Shown: positions 63,618 to 64,000 of the stretch, piece by piece
Numbering within the stretch: position 1 is the stretch's first letter
Layout of the letters: every line of letters begins with the position of its first letter
Origin: Podarcis cretensis
Lineage: Eukaryota
Direction: 5' to 3'
Assembly (NCBI GenBank): GCA_951804945.1
Contig: OX638154.1
Coordinates: 32,922,001 to 32,986,000, forward strand
Length of the DNA stretch: 64,000 nt
Position numbers and translations under genes: made by a program
Notes under the pieces: generated by a model
What the model was told of the DNA's origin: nothing
Database searches by the model: none
What the model saw: the letters and a program-made list of their open reading frames with translations, nothing else

Positions 63618-64000
63618 AACAGATTTTGGATGTACATGGGGTGGCTGCACTTGGGAGGACAGAAAGCTTCCTGGAATGCAGGTTTCTGCCCATTTTTTTT
63701 TAAAAATCAGTAATTGGGAATCAGAGATGAAAAGACCATGGCTATGTCATGTTGAGCTCCTGAGACATTGGGAGATCCATGATCCAATAATCCTCATTCT
63801 TTTTAAAATTTAAAAATTGTGCATGTGGGACAGTGGTGTTGGAAAGGATAACTCCTTTCCTCCTACTGCTTTCATGATCAGTATTCCCACTTCCAAGCTA
63901 TATTTTGCATTCCAGGGAACTTGCAGATATCCACCCAGAAAAGGGGCAGAAGAGATTGTCACTGATCAAACCAAAGAACAGGGTCTCTTTTCCAAATTAA

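Overview
This is a eukaryotic window, most likely from a lacertid lizard: the Sauria SINE, BovB, CR1, L2 and Penelope-like repeat content suggests Podarcis/Lacerta (inference). Four spliced protein-coding genes can be reconstructed with GT-AG junctions and consistent phases. RABIF/MSS4 (-, 2 exons, 132 aa) and KLHL12 (-, 11 coding exons, 564 aa, plus a likely non-coding exon 1) lie in tandem. SHISA4 (+, 5 exons, 196 aa) is convergent with an uncharacterised two-exon Myb/SANT-like gene of the MSANTD/NAIF1/MYPOP type (-, 331 aa), which looks like a domesticated PIF/Harbinger DNA-binding gene. There are five CpG islands; the one at about 30.9-31.5 kb has no associated coding exon. Introns and intergenic DNA are dense with MITEs, SINEs and LINE relics. 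The most notable items are the Myb/SANT gene with three tandem SUMO motifs, a 110-bp perfectly identical inverted repeat in SHISA4 intron 1 (probable gene conversion or template switch), a 91-bp-arm palindrome in KLHL12 intron 2, the orphan CpG island, and an internally deleted BovB with target-site duplications (TSDs). No prokaryote-type system (CRISPR, operon) is present. Repeat family names are by recognition only, not database search.
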